A program made the translations under genes and the position numbers. The notes under the pieces were generated by a model. That model was not told the origin of the DNA and ran no database searches. It worked only from the letters and a program-made list of their open reading frames with translations. DNA of 64,000 nucleotides from an uncultured Chloroflexia bacterium (GTDB lineage Bacteria > Chloroflexota > Limnocylindria > Limnocylindrales > CSP1-4), in NCBI GenBank assembly GCA_963746845.1, contig CAVVCZ010000007.1, forward strand, positions 64,001-128,000, given 5' to 3'. Of this stretch, positions 20,611-30,604 are shown in pieces; the stretch's first letter is position 1, and every line of letters begins with the position of its first letter.

Positions 20611-21801
20611 ATGGAGCGACGCGAGGTCCTGATCGTCGGCGGGGGTCCGGCCGGCGCCGCAACGGCGATCGGGCTGGCGCGGCGCGGCCGCGACGTGCTC
20701 CTCGTCGAGCGCGCTCCCGTGTGGCGCTGGCGGGCGTGCGGCGTGTTCACGTCGCCTGCGACGGTTCGTGCGCTGCGGCGTATCGGCGTCGCGGACGAGG
20801 ACCTGGCGCGGGTCGCGCGGCGGGTGCCAGCGATGCGCGTCGAGACGCCGGCGGGGACGATGTTCCGCCTGACCTACGGAGACGACGGCTCACTCGGCTC
20901 GGCGGCGGTCGGGCTCGATCGGTCGACGCTGGATCCGTGGCTCCTCGGCCTTGCCCGGGCGGCGGGTGCCGAGGTCCGCGAGGGCGTGTCTGTCCGTTCC
21001 GTCCGGGAGGGCGGGGCGGTGGCGGCGGACGGAGCGGAGATCGAGGCCCGGGTCGTCGTCGGGGCGGACGGGCTGCGATCCGTCGTCGCGCGGGACGCGG
21101 GCGTCGTTCGAAGGCCGCCACTCGGCGATCGTCCGGCGCTCACCTTCCACGTCGAGGATCCCGGGCCGGACGTCGCACGGGACGCACGAATGGTCGTCTT
21201 CGACGGCGGCTACGTCGGTCTGGCACCCGTTCCTGGTGGCCGGGTGAACGTCGGGATCGTCCTCGCGACCCGGAGCTGGCGCGATCGACTGCGGGCGGAG
21301 GGCGCCGCCGCCGTCGCGGCCGCGGTCCTGGCGGCGATCCCGCCGGCCGACGACGACCCGGTCCCGTGGGCGGCGCCGCGGATCCGCGATGGGTTCGAGG
21401 GCGCGTCGCCGGTCGGGACACGCGTCGTGACCCGGGCCGGGGCTCGGTGGCTCCTCGTCGGGGACGCGGCGGGCTTCCTCGATCCGTTCACGGGCGAGGG
21501 CCTCCACCGGGCCCTGCGATCGGCGGAGCTCGCGACGGCCGCCACGGACCGATTCCTGACCGGTGACCCGGCCGCGCTCGGCGCGTACGACCGGGCGCTC
21601 GCCCGTCGCACGCGATCGAAGGATGCTGTCAGCCTGATCGTCCAGGCGTTCCTCGAGGTCCCCGCGCTCTTCGACTACGCGGCCCGCCGGCTCGCGGCGC
21701 GGTCGACGGTCCGTGAGACGATGGGCCTCGTGATGGGCGACCTCGTCCCGGCGTCGACGGCCTTCGACCCGCGCTTCCTCGTCGGGCTCCTCCGCCCGTG
21801 A
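20611..21801 (+). CDS. FAD-dependent oxidoreductase/monooxygenase (geranylgeranyl-reductase-like)
   Basis: VGGGPAG, VGADGLRS, VGDAAGFLDPFTGEG. Confidence 0.88.
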   Translation: MERREVLIVGGGPAGAATAIGLARRGRDVLLVERAPVWRWRACGVFTSPATVRALRRIGVADEDLARVARRVPAMRVETPAGTMFRLTYGDDGSLGSAAVGLDRSTLDPWLLGLARAAGAEVREGVSVRSVREGGAVAADGAEIEARVVVGADGLRSVVARDAGVVRRPPLGDRPALTFHVEDPGPDVARDARMVVFDGGYVGLAPVPGGRVNVGIVLATRSWRDRLRAEGAAAVAAAVLAAIPPADDDPVPWAAPRIRDGFEGASPVGTRVVTRAGARWLLVGDAAGFLDPFTGEGLHRALRSAELATAATDRFLTGDPAALGAYDRALARRTRSKDAVSLIVQAFLEVPALFDYAARRLAARSTVRETMGLVMGDLVPASTAFDPRFLVGLLRP

Positions 21802-22286
21802 CCGAGCCCGGTCATGTGCCGCCGGACGAGGCGAAGCTCCCGCGGCGGACACGCCTGGGCGGCTACGCGCTCTGCACGGACGAGCAGGACCGGATCCTGC
21901 TCGCCCGCCTGTCCGCGATCGAGGTCGACGTGGGCGCGTGGACCCTGCCCGGCGGCGGCGTCGACTTCGGCGAGCACCCGGACCACGCGGTGATCCGCGA
22001 GCTCGAGGAGGAGACCGGCCTGATCGGGGAGATCGACGGCGTCGCGGGCGTGTTCTCGCACGTCTACCGCCAGTCGCGCGCCGTCGCGGGCGCCGATCTC
22101 CACTTCCTCGGGATCCTGTACGTCGTCCGGGTCGTGGGCGGGCAGCTCCGCGACGAGGTCGACGGGACGACCGACGCCGCCCGCTGGTTCCGCCGGGACG
22201 AGCTGGCCGCGGTTCGCCTCGTCGAGATCGCGCGGTTCGGGGTGGATCTGGCGTTCGAGCGCCTGGCGGACCGGGCCGGGGCATGA
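21798..22286 (+). CDS. NUDIX hydrolase
   Basis: Nudix box PGGGVDFGEHPDHAVIRELEEETG; GTGA overlap with upstream gene. Confidence 0.92.
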   Translation: MTEPGHVPPDEAKLPRRTRLGGYALCTDEQDRILLARLSAIEVDVGAWTLPGGGVDFGEHPDHAVIRELEEETGLIGEIDGVAGVFSHVYRQSRAVAGADLHFLGILYVVRVVGGQLRDEVDGTTDAARWFRRDELAAVRLVEIARFGVDLAFERLADRAGA

Positions 22287-22792
22287 GGAGCACGATCGGG
22301 ATCGATGTCGCGGCTCCCGCCGAGCTGGTCTTCCGGCTGGCGCACGACGTGGAGCGCTGGCCGCGGCTCCTCCCCCACTACGTCGCCGCCACCCGCCTCG
22401 CGCCCGAGGACGTCGCAGGTCGGCTCGACGTGCGGTTCGTGGCCCGGCGGGCGTTCGTCCCGGTCCTCGGGCTCGGCATCCCGGTCGCCTGGCGTTCGCT
22501 GACCTGGTCCGAGCCGGAGGCCTGCCGGCTGCGGTTCGTCCATCGCGGCGGGGCGACGAACGGGATGGACGTGACCTGGCGGATCGAGACCCGCGAGGGC
22601 GGCGCCAGCCGGGTCGAGATCGACCACGACTTCCGGCCGCGGGTGCCGGGCTGGGCGTGGGCGATCGACCGGTTCTTCACGCGGCCGATCGCCGGCCGAA
22701 CGCTCGCGACCTTCCGGGCGCTGGCCGAGGCGATGGCCGAAACCACGACCGGGACGTCCGAACGGCCCGCCACGACGAACCCATCCTCGTGA
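22283..22792 (+). CDS. SRPBCC / polyketide cyclase-aromatase family protein
   Basis: IDVAAPAELVFRLAHDVERWPRLLPH, GMDVTWRI, RVEIDHDF; ATGA overlap. Confidence 0.82.
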   Translation: MRSTIGIDVAAPAELVFRLAHDVERWPRLLPHYVAATRLAPEDVAGRLDVRFVARRAFVPVLGLGIPVAWRSLTWSEPEACRLRFVHRGGATNGMDVTWRIETREGGASRVEIDHDFRPRVPGWAWAIDRFFTRPIAGRTLATFRALAEAMAETTTGTSERPATTNPSS

Positions 22793-24054
22793 GCGATCGT
22801 CGACGCGTCTGGATCACCGGGATCGGGCTGATCACCGCGATCGGGACCGGCGTCGACGCCTTCCGGGCAGGCCTGCGCGCCGGCTGCTCGCCGATCAAGC
22901 GGATCGACCGGTTCGATCCGTCGCCGTTCCGGAGCCAGGTCGCCGCCCAGATCGACGACTTCGACCCGGCCGCCTGGATGCCCCCGAAGACCGCCCGCCA
23001 GCTCGACCGGTTCAGCCAGTTCGGGCTGGTGGCCGGTCAGCTCGCGCTCGAGGACGCCGGGCTGCGGCCGGGCGAAGGCGGTGCGGCCGCCCGCGAGCGG
23101 ATCGGCATCTTCCTCGGCAGCGCGCTCGGCGGGATCGCCTACGCCGAGGGCCAGCACGAGCGCTATCTCGAGCGCGGGATCAAGGCCGTCGCACCGAACC
23201 TCGCGCTCGCGGTCTTCGGTGGTGCGGCGCCCGCCAATCTCGGCATCGCGCTCGACGTCCGCGGGCCGATCCTGTCGACCGCGAACTCGTGCGCGTCGGG
23301 GGCCGTCGCGCTCGGCGAGGCGCTGAACGCGATCCGGGACGGCGAGGTCGACGCCGCGGTCGCGGGCGGGGCGGAAGTGCCGCTGAGCGCGCTCGCGTTC
23401 GGGGCGTTCGACATCATCCGGGCCCTGTCCGACGGCCGGAACGACGACCCGGCCCGGGCCTGCCGCCCGTTCGACGCCGGCCGCGACGGCTTCGTCATGG
23501 GCGAGGGCGTCGCGCTGCTCGTGCTCGAGGCGGAGGAGATCGCTCGGGCGCGGGGCGCGGAGCCGTACGCCGAGCTCCTCGGCTACGGCGCGACGTCGGA
23601 CGCGTTCCACATGGTCCAGCCGCGGGCGGACGGATCGGAGGCCGGCCGCGCGGCGACGATCGCGCTGCGGGACGCAGGCGTCGCGCCGGACGAGATCGAC
23701 TGGGTGAGCGCCCACGCGTCGTCGACGCCGCTCGGCGACATCGCGGAGGCGCGGGCGATCCGGCTCGCCCTCGGGGAGCGGGCCGCGACCGTTCCCGTCA
23801 GTGGCACGAAAGCGCTCTACGGCCACCCGCTCGGTGCGTCCGGGGCAATCGAGGCCGCGATCTGCGCCCTCGCGATCCGGGACGGCTGGGTCCCTGCGTC
23901 GGCGAACCTGACGGCGCCCGAGCCCGAGATCGACGCCCTGCTGCCGGGTCTGCTCCACGCCGGTCGCGACGGCACGTATCGGCGGATCCTGTCGACCTCG
24001 TTCGGGTTCGGCGGCCTCAACGGGGCTGTGGTGATCGGCGCAACCGGCGGATAA
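22789..24054 (+). CDS. beta-ketoacyl synthase (FabF/KS-alpha-like)
   Basis: VWITGIG, ANSCASG (Cys), PFDAGRDGFVMGEG, AHASST and GHPLGASG (His), SFGFGG. Confidence 0.92.
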   Translation: MSDRRRVWITGIGLITAIGTGVDAFRAGLRAGCSPIKRIDRFDPSPFRSQVAAQIDDFDPAAWMPPKTARQLDRFSQFGLVAGQLALEDAGLRPGEGGAAARERIGIFLGSALGGIAYAEGQHERYLERGIKAVAPNLALAVFGGAAPANLGIALDVRGPILSTANSCASGAVALGEALNAIRDGEVDAAVAGGAEVPLSALAFGAFDIIRALSDGRNDDPARACRPFDAGRDGFVMGEGVALLVLEAEEIARARGAEPYAELLGYGATSDAFHMVQPRADGSEAGRAATIALRDAGVAPDEIDWVSAHASSTPLGDIAEARAIRLALGERAATVPVSGTKALYGHPLGASGAIEAAICALAIRDGWVPASANLTAPEPEIDALLPGLLHAGRDGTYRRILSTSFGFGGLNGAVVIGATGG

Positions 24055-24102
24055 GCGGTTCGGCGTAGAGTCGGGTCGAACGACAGCACCGGAGAACCCG
24101 CC

Positions 24103-24831
24103 ATGGCCGTTGCCTCACCCAGCTTCGCCGGCTTCCGACCGGAGGCCATCCAGTTCCTCGCGGACCTCGCCGAGAACAACGACCGGGCGTGGTTCCAGCC
24201 GCGCAAGGCGGAGTTCGAGCGGCTCCTCAAGACGCCGATGGAGGAGCTCTGCGTCGCCCTCGAGGCGGAGTTCCGCGCCCGCGATCTGCCGCTCCACGCA
24301 GACCCGGCCCGGTCTCCGTTCCGGATCTACCGCGACACGCGCTTCTCCAAGGACAAGTCGCCGTACAAGACTCACGTCTCCGCGAGCTTCGGCTGGGCCG
24401 GCGACGGCGTCGGGGCGGCCGAAGGGCGGTCGCACACGGACAACGTCCATGCGAGCGGCGGGTACTTCCACCTCCAGCCCGGCGAGATCTACGTCGGCGG
24501 CGGGGTCTGGCACCCGGATTCGGCCTGGCTGGCCGGCTTCCGCCGGCGTGTGGCGGGCGATCTCGATGGCTTCAGGGCGATCGCCGAGGCGCCGGCGTTC
24601 ACCAAGGCATTCGGGCGGGTCAGCGACGACGGCGAGTCGCTGAAGCGCGTCCCGCCCGGCTATCCCGCCGATCACCCGGCGGCGGACATCCTCCGCCTCA
24701 AGAACGTGACCTTCGGTCGACGGCTGTCGGACGACGAGGCGCTCTCCCCGAAGCTCCCGACCGTGATCGTCGACACGTTCGCCCTCGGGACGCCGCTCAT
24801 GCGCTACCTCGCGACGATCGGCGCCGGCTGA
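24103..24831 (+). CDS. DUF2461-family protein
   Basis: NNDRAWF, FRIYRDTRFSKDKSPYK, LKRVPPGY. Confidence 0.9.
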   Translation: MAVASPSFAGFRPEAIQFLADLAENNDRAWFQPRKAEFERLLKTPMEELCVALEAEFRARDLPLHADPARSPFRIYRDTRFSKDKSPYKTHVSASFGWAGDGVGAAEGRSHTDNVHASGGYFHLQPGEIYVGGGVWHPDSAWLAGFRRRVAGDLDGFRAIAEAPAFTKAFGRVSDDGESLKRVPPGYPADHPAADILRLKNVTFGRRLSDDEALSPKLPTVIVDTFALGTPLMRYLATIGAG

Positions 24832-24839
24832 GCCGTCGG

Positions 24840-26315
24840 TCAAGCGAGGACGGCCTGGCCGATCTCGTCCTCCTCGACCTGGTGACCGCCGCGCATGGCC
24901 GACACGCCGGCCCCGATCAGGCTGAACACGACGCCCACCGCGAACGCGAGCTGGAGCGCCTCAATGAACGGACCGAGGTCGATCCCGGCCGAGCCGGTCT
25001 GCGCGCCGGAGAACACCGCGAGGAGCACCTCGGGATTCACAACGCTCGTCACGAGGCCCAGCGCCAGGGCGATGCTCACCATGAACCCGACCTGCGTGAG
25101 CATCATCCTTGCGCCCGCACCCATCCCGCGTTTGTCGGCCGGGATCGCGCCCATGACGGCACTGGTGTTCGGTGAGGCAAAGAGGCCCGAGCCGGCGCCC
25201 ACGATGAGCTGCCACAGGACGAGCTGCCAGATCGGCGTGTCGACGGCGATCGTGAGCGCCAGCCCGGCGAGCCCGACCGCGGTGACCAGCATGCCCGCCG
25301 TGGCGAGCATCCGCGATCCGGAGCGGTCGGCGAGCGCCCCGCTGATCGGCGACAGCACGAGCAGCCCGATCGCCAGCGGGCTCAGGAGGATCCCGGCCGT
25401 GACCGGATCGAACCCGCGCACGCCCTGGAGGTAGAAGACGAGCAGGAACAGGACGCCGTTCCGGGCGATCCCGTTGAGCAGGCTCGTCAGGTTGCCCATC
25501 GAGAAGAGCCGATTTCGGAAGAGCCCGAGGTCGAGGAGCGGATCCCGGCGGTTCCGCTCGACGAGCAGGAACACCGGGAGCGCGACGAGGAACGTCACGA
25601 AGCCGCCGACGATCCACCACGTCGTCCAGCCGTAGATCCCGCCGAACCCGAGCGCCGCCATCAGCCCGGTGAGCCCCGCGATGCACAGGACGGTGCCGGG
25701 GACGTCGAACCGGCGGCGGGTCTGCGGCCGGACCTGCTCGACCAGGAGGCCCGCCGCGGCGAGCGACCCGACGATCCCGATCGGCACGTTGAACCAGAAG
25801 ATCGTCCGCCAGCCGTAGGTCGTCAGCCAGCCGCCGAGGATCGGCCCGAGAATCTGCCCCGCCCCGATGACCATCGCGTTGATCCCGAGGGCCCGGCCCA
25901 GCTCGCGGCGCGGGAACGCGTCGGTGACCAGCGCGGCGGAGTTCGCCATCAGGAGCGCCCCGCCGACGCCCTGGAGCACCCGGCCGCCGATCAGCAACAG
26001 ATCGGTCGGCGCGAGCGCACACCCGATCGAGGCGATCGTGAACACGACGAAGCCCGTCGTGTACGAGCGGGCCCGGCCGATCTGGTCGGCGATGGTGCCG
26101 GCGTTCAGGACGAGGACGGTCGCGACGAGCGTGTAGCCGATGACGATCCAGAGCAGCGCGAACAGGGTCGTCTGGAGGTCCCGGAGGATGTCCGGCAGGG
26201 CGATGATCAACGTCCCGGAGGTCAGCGAGGCGAGCAGCGCGCCCAGGCTCGTGACCGCGAGAACGACCCAGCGGTAGTTGTCGCGGGTCTCGCCCGCCGC
26301 ATGCCTAACCTTCAC
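24840..26315 (-). CDS. MFS transporter, DHA2 (14-TM drug efflux) type
   Basis: DQIGRAR motif A, GRVLQGVGG, GPILGGWL, FWFNVPIG; exact start uncertain. Confidence 0.9.
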   Translation of the reverse strand: MKVRHAAGETRDNYRWVVLAVTSLGALLASLTSGTLIIALPDILRDLQTTLFALLWIVIGYTLVATVLVLNAGTIADQIGRARSYTTGFVVFTIASIGCALAPTDLLLIGGRVLQGVGGALLMANSAALVTDAFPRRELGRALGINAMVIGAGQILGPILGGWLTTYGWRTIFWFNVPIGIVGSLAAAGLLVEQVRPQTRRRFDVPGTVLCIAGLTGLMAALGFGGIYGWTTWWIVGGFVTFLVALPVFLLVERNRRDPLLDLGLFRNRLFSMGNLTSLLNGIARNGVLFLLVFYLQGVRGFDPVTAGILLSPLAIGLLVLSPISGALADRSGSRMLATAGMLVTAVGLAGLALTIAVDTPIWQLVLWQLIVGAGSGLFASPNTSAVMGAIPADKRGMGAGARMMLTQVGFMVSIALALGLVTSVVNPEVLLAVFSGAQTGSAGIDLGPFIEALQLAFAVGVVFSLIGAGVSAMRGGHQVEEDEIGQAVLA

Positions 26316-26328
26316 GTTGACGTGAAGG
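26309..26328. promoter_or_regulatory. MerR/TipA-type dyad at MFS promoter
   Basis: CCTTCACGT-TG-ACGTGAAGG perfect 9-bp inverted repeat. Confidence 0.65.
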
Positions 26329-26363
26329 ATAATCCGACGTCTCGATCCGTGCTGTCGATGGCC

Positions 26364-27359
26364 TCAGTCGATCGGCTTGCGGAAGGTCGCGCTCCGGCCG
26401 ACGACACGGAACCCGCAGCCCTCGTAGACCCGGAACGCGCCCGACTCGTTCTCCGAGTCCACGTTGAGCGCGGCCTCGGTCATCCCGCGGGCCCGGAGCA
26501 GGGGGAAGCTCGCGGCGATCAGCGCACGCGCCAGGCCGCGTCGGCGCCACGGCGCGCGGACGCTGATGTTCTCGACGTAGCCGCGCTTGCGGCGAAACTG
26601 CTCGTTCTGCTCGTCGTGGATGAACGAGCGGACCTGGCCCGCGACCTCGTCACCGTCCCAGGCGATCCGCCACAGGGTGGTGTCGCTCGTGACCGGATCC
26701 GTCCGGAACCGCTCGAAGTCCGCCTCGTCGCCGGGCTCGTTGCCCCACGTCCCCGCGAACGCCTCCTGTCCCGCGTCCCAGATCGCGCGGAGGTGCTCCG
26801 GCTGGACCTCGCGGATCTCGAGACCGTCGGGCAGCGGCGCGTCGGGCAGGTCGTCGACCGACGGCCGGACCATCGCGAACCAGTACCGGATCGGGGTGTA
26901 GCCGCGCTCGAGCAGGATCGCGCTCCGCTCGGGCGCCTCGTCGCCGCCGAACGTATCGAGCACGTTCCGCCCGGGCTCCCGCTCGGCCGCGATCTCCCGC
27001 GCCCGCGACTCGAGTGTCTCGATCAGCCCCCGGAGGACGGCACCACCCGCCTCGTCGGCGGACGCGAACGGGTTGAGCTCGTACCGCCCCAGCCCGTCCG
27101 GATCGCGACGGAACCCGACCCGGCCGTACGCGACAAGCCTGCCGTCCCGCTCGGCGACGTACACGTCGCGCGCAGGGTCGGAGTCCGGCAGGTGGTCGTA
27201 GAACGCCGCGAACTGCTCGTCGGTGGTCGTGAAGTTGTGGCCCTCGGCCCGCCGGATCGCGTTCGCGATCGCGTTCATCGCCGGGTAGTCCTCCGGGGCC
27301 CGAAGCCGACGAAGCACGACACCGACCGCAGGGTCGTTCGTGGCCGACGGGCTCGTCAC
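26364..27359 (-). CDS. tandem-GNAT acetyltransferase
   Basis: VRAPWRRRGLARAL, LNVDSENESGAFRVYEGCGF; 331 aa two-domain length. Confidence 0.85.
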   Translation of the reverse strand: MTSPSATNDPAVGVVLRRLRAPEDYPAMNAIANAIRRAEGHNFTTTDEQFAAFYDHLPDSDPARDVYVAERDGRLVAYGRVGFRRDPDGLGRYELNPFASADEAGGAVLRGLIETLESRAREIAAEREPGRNVLDTFGGDEAPERSAILLERGYTPIRYWFAMVRPSVDDLPDAPLPDGLEIREVQPEHLRAIWDAGQEAFAGTWGNEPGDEADFERFRTDPVTSDTTLWRIAWDGDEVAGQVRSFIHDEQNEQFRRKRGYVENISVRAPWRRRGLARALIAASFPLLRARGMTEAALNVDSENESGAFRVYEGCGFRVVGRSATFRKPID

Positions 27360-27360
27360 G

Positions 27361-28341
27361 TCAGTCGATCGTGAAGTGGTCCGGGCCCTGGTAGCGGCCG
27401 GTCCGCTCCTTCTCGATCTGCATGAGGACGTCGTTGAGCAGCGATGACGCCCCGAACCGGAACCAGTCCGGGCTCATCCAGCGCGGCCCGAGGGTCTCGT
27501 ACAGGACGACGAGGTACTGGATCGCCTCCTTGGCGACACGGATCCCGCCCGCGGGCTTCATCCCGACCTGGCGGCCCGTCTGGCGCTCGAAGTCCCGGAT
27601 CGCCTCGAGCATCACCAGCGTCACGGGGAGCGTCGCGGCGGGTACGACCTTGCCGGTCGAGGTCTTGATGAAGTCGGCGCCGGCGGCCATCGCCAGCACG
27701 GAGGCCCGGCGGACGTTGTCATAGGTCTCGAGCTCGCCCGTCTCGAGGATCACCTTCAGGTGGGCCTCGCCGCAGGCGTCCTTGACGTCGACGATCTCCT
27801 CGAACACGGTCAGGTAGTCGCCCCGGAGGAACGCCCCGCGGTCGATGACCATGTCGATCTCGTCGGCGCCCGCCTCGGAGGCCGCCCGGGTCTCGGCGAT
27901 CTTGATGTCGCGGAAGGTCTGGCCGGACGGAAAGCCCGTCGCGACCGAGGCGACCTTGACGGTCGAGCCCTTCAGGGCGTCCTTCGCGTCCTCGATCATC
28001 GTCGGGTAGACGCAGATCGCCGCGACCGAGGGGATCGTCGGGTCACCCGGCTGGGGGTGGATGCCCTTTGCGCAGAGCGCGCGAACCTTGCCCGGGGTGT
28101 CCTTCCCCTCGAGGGTCGTCAGGTCGATCATCCGGATCGCGAGGTCCAGCGCCCACAGCTTCGAGGCCTTCTTGATCGAGCGCTTCTTTAGGCTGTCGAC
28201 CCGCTCCTCGACGCCGACCTGGTCGACGCTGCTGACCCGTCCGAGGAGGCTGCCGAGCGCGCCCGGCCGGCCGTCCCACGAGCGGACGAGCTCATGGGCG
28301 CGTTCGCGGGCGAGCGTGTCCGGGCGATGGACCGTGGCCAT
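27361..28341 (-). CDS. deoC: deoxyribose-phosphate aldolase
   Basis: DLTTLEG, ATGFPSG, EIDMVI, FIKTSTGK, KPAGGIR, FRFGASSLL. Confidence 0.95.
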   Translation of the reverse strand: MATVHRPDTLARERAHELVRSWDGRPGALGSLLGRVSSVDQVGVEERVDSLKKRSIKKASKLWALDLAIRMIDLTTLEGKDTPGKVRALCAKGIHPQPGDPTIPSVAAICVYPTMIEDAKDALKGSTVKVASVATGFPSGQTFRDIKIAETRAASEAGADEIDMVIDRGAFLRGDYLTVFEEIVDVKDACGEAHLKVILETGELETYDNVRRASVLAMAAGADFIKTSTGKVVPAATLPVTLVMLEAIRDFERQTGRQVGMKPAGGIRVAKEAIQYLVVLYETLGPRWMSPDWFRFGASSLLNDVLMQIEKERTGRYQGPDHFTID

Positions 28342-28394
28342 GGGACGGTGAGGATACACCGGCCCCGACGAGCCTCAGGGACGGGCCCGCGCCC

Positions 28395-30569
28395 TCAGCG
28401 GCCGGCCCGGATCTTCGGCAGCGGCGGCAGGGCGCGCTTGCCCTCGACCAGGAAGTGCCGGAACCAGTCCCGGACGACCTTCAGGTTCTCGGCCCGACGG
28501 AACGGCGTGCCGGAGCGCGTCAGCTCGTGGGTCTCCTCGGGAACCCGGAGCAGGCGGACCGGCCGCTTGTGTGAGCGGAGGACCGTGAACAGCTCCTCGG
28601 CCTGGCCGATGGTCGTCCGGATGTCGTTCTCGCTGTGCTGGATGAGAAGCGGCGTCGTGATCCCGTCGGCATGCGTGATCGGCGAGATCTCGCGGAAGTA
28701 CGCCGCGTCGTCCCATGGCACGGCCTTGAACTCGTAGCGCGGCCAGAACCCGCTGCTGATGTCGCCGGTCAGGAACAGGAGCGACATGTCGCTCACCGAT
28801 CGGCAGGTCATCGCCGCGGCGAACCGGCCGTCCTGACCGAGGATCCAGTTCGTCAGGTAGCCGCCGTACGAGCCGCCGGTCAATCCGAGCCGGGCCGGGT
28901 CGGCCAGACCGTCGGCGACCAGCGAATCGATCCCGGCGAGGACGTCTCGCATTGGTCCGGGGCCCCAGTCGCGGATGTTCGCCTCGTTGAACGCGCGACC
29001 GTAGCCCTCGGAGCCGCGTGGGTTGCAGAAGAAGACCCCGATCCCGGTCGCGGCGAGCAGCTGGAACTCGAGCATCGGCGACCAGCCGTACAGGGTGTGC
29101 GGCCCGCCGTGGATCTCGGTGACGAGCGGCGCGGGTGCGGGGCGACGCCGACCGGTCCCCTTCGAGCCGTCGGTCGTCGCCGGGGCCGGCGCGAGGTACC
29201 ACCCCTGGATCCGCCGGCCGTCGACGGTGACCCAACGCTCGACGGGCTCGCGCAGCTCGACCTCCGCGTGGAACTCGTGGTTCAGGTCCGTGACCCGGCG
29301 CGGCTCGCCCCGGGCGCCGTCGCGGACCCACACGTCGCTCAGCTCCGTCGGCGACGACTGGAGCCAGGCCGTTCGAGTGCTCCCGGACCCGGTCGACTGA
29401 TCGAACGCGCTGATCCCGTGGTGGCCGGTCGTCAGCCGCTCGACGCGGCCGTCCGCGGCCGACACGCGATACAGCTCCTGGCTCCCCTCGGCGGGTGCGA
29501 GGAACGTGATCCAGGCCCCGTCGGCGGAGGCGACCAGCCGCGCCGGCTCACCGGGGACGATGTCGCTGTTGAGGGTCGACGCCGGCATCAGGTCGTGGGC
29601 GCCGGTCAGGTTGCGCCCGCCGCGTGGCACGGCGGCATCCGACCCGTCGGCGGCGATCAGCCAGACATCACTGCGGTAGAAGTTCCCGGGCAGGTACCCG
29701 CCGAGCGCCGCGACCGCCGAGCCGTCGGGCAGCCAGGTCGGGTTGAACAGGATCGCGGGGTCGCCGGTCAGCCGGGTGCGCCGGCCGTCCGCGATGTCCA
29801 GGGCCACGAGATGCGAGCGGGTCTCGAGATCGTGGTCGCGGCGGAGGTTCGTTGCGTAGACGATGCGGCGGCTGTCGGGCGACCAGGCCGCGCCCCCGAC
29901 GCCCGCGTGCTCGGACGTGAGACGGCGCGCCTCGCCCGTTCGCGCGTCCACAAGCCACAGCTGGGCGATCGTGTGGTAGACGAAGCCCGCCCCGTTGAAC
30001 AAGTAGCCGAGTCGGTCGACGAAGTGGTAGTCGGACTCGGGCTCGTCACCCGGCTTCGGCGTCGGGGTCGTGCCGCGCAACCGGCGGTCCTCGACGCGCG
30101 TCGAGCCGCGGGACGAGCTCGACGCCAGGAGCCAGCGACCGTCCGGCGACCACTCGAAGCTGTCGACGCCGCGCGGCAGGTCCGTGAGCCGGCGCGCCTC
30201 GCCGCCGTCGAGCGACAGCAGGTGCACCTGCTGGGCATCCTCGCGCGTCTTCGGGTCGCCGGCCGTCGGCTCCTCCTCGACCTGGAGCCGTCGATCCGAC
30301 AGGAACGCGAGCGTCCTCCCGTCGGGCGAGAAGCGGGGCGACCGATCGTGCCGGGATCCGATCGTCAGACGACGCGGCTCGCTCGCCCCGTCCGCCTCGA
30401 CGGCCCACAGCGCGTGGCGGTAGCCGTCCATCGTCGGGGCGACGGTCTGGACCGTGAAGACCGCCAGCCGGCCGTCCGGCGAGAGACGCGGCTCGGTCGC
30501 GATCCGGAAGCGGTACAGGTCCTCCGGCCGGAACGAACGCCGTACGGGCTTCGAGGTTCGGGTGGACAC
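28395..30569 (-). CDS. S9 family (prolyl oligo/acylaminoacyl) peptidase
   Basis: Beta-propeller SPDG repeats, IHGGPH, GGSYGG, END, ETHE. Confidence 0.93.
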   Translation of the reverse strand: MSTRTSKPVRRSFRPEDLYRFRIATEPRLSPDGRLAVFTVQTVAPTMDGYRHALWAVEADGASEPRRLTIGSRHDRSPRFSPDGRTLAFLSDRRLQVEEEPTAGDPKTREDAQQVHLLSLDGGEARRLTDLPRGVDSFEWSPDGRWLLASSSSRGSTRVEDRRLRGTTPTPKPGDEPESDYHFVDRLGYLFNGAGFVYHTIAQLWLVDARTGEARRLTSEHAGVGGAAWSPDSRRIVYATNLRRDHDLETRSHLVALDIADGRRTRLTGDPAILFNPTWLPDGSAVAALGGYLPGNFYRSDVWLIAADGSDAAVPRGGRNLTGAHDLMPASTLNSDIVPGEPARLVASADGAWITFLAPAEGSQELYRVSAADGRVERLTTGHHGISAFDQSTGSGSTRTAWLQSSPTELSDVWVRDGARGEPRRVTDLNHEFHAEVELREPVERWVTVDGRRIQGWYLAPAPATTDGSKGTGRRRPAPAPLVTEIHGGPHTLYGWSPMLEFQLLAATGIGVFFCNPRGSEGYGRAFNEANIRDWGPGPMRDVLAGIDSLVADGLADPARLGLTGGSYGGYLTNWILGQDGRFAAAMTCRSVSDMSLLFLTGDISSGFWPRYEFKAVPWDDAAYFREISPITHADGITTPLLIQHSENDIRTTIGQAEELFTVLRSHKRPVRLLRVPEETHELTRSGTPFRRAENLKVVRDWFRHFLVEGKRALPPLPKIRAGR

Positions 30570-30604
30570 GACGGCGACGAGTCTAGCGCTACCATCCCTC
30601 GACG

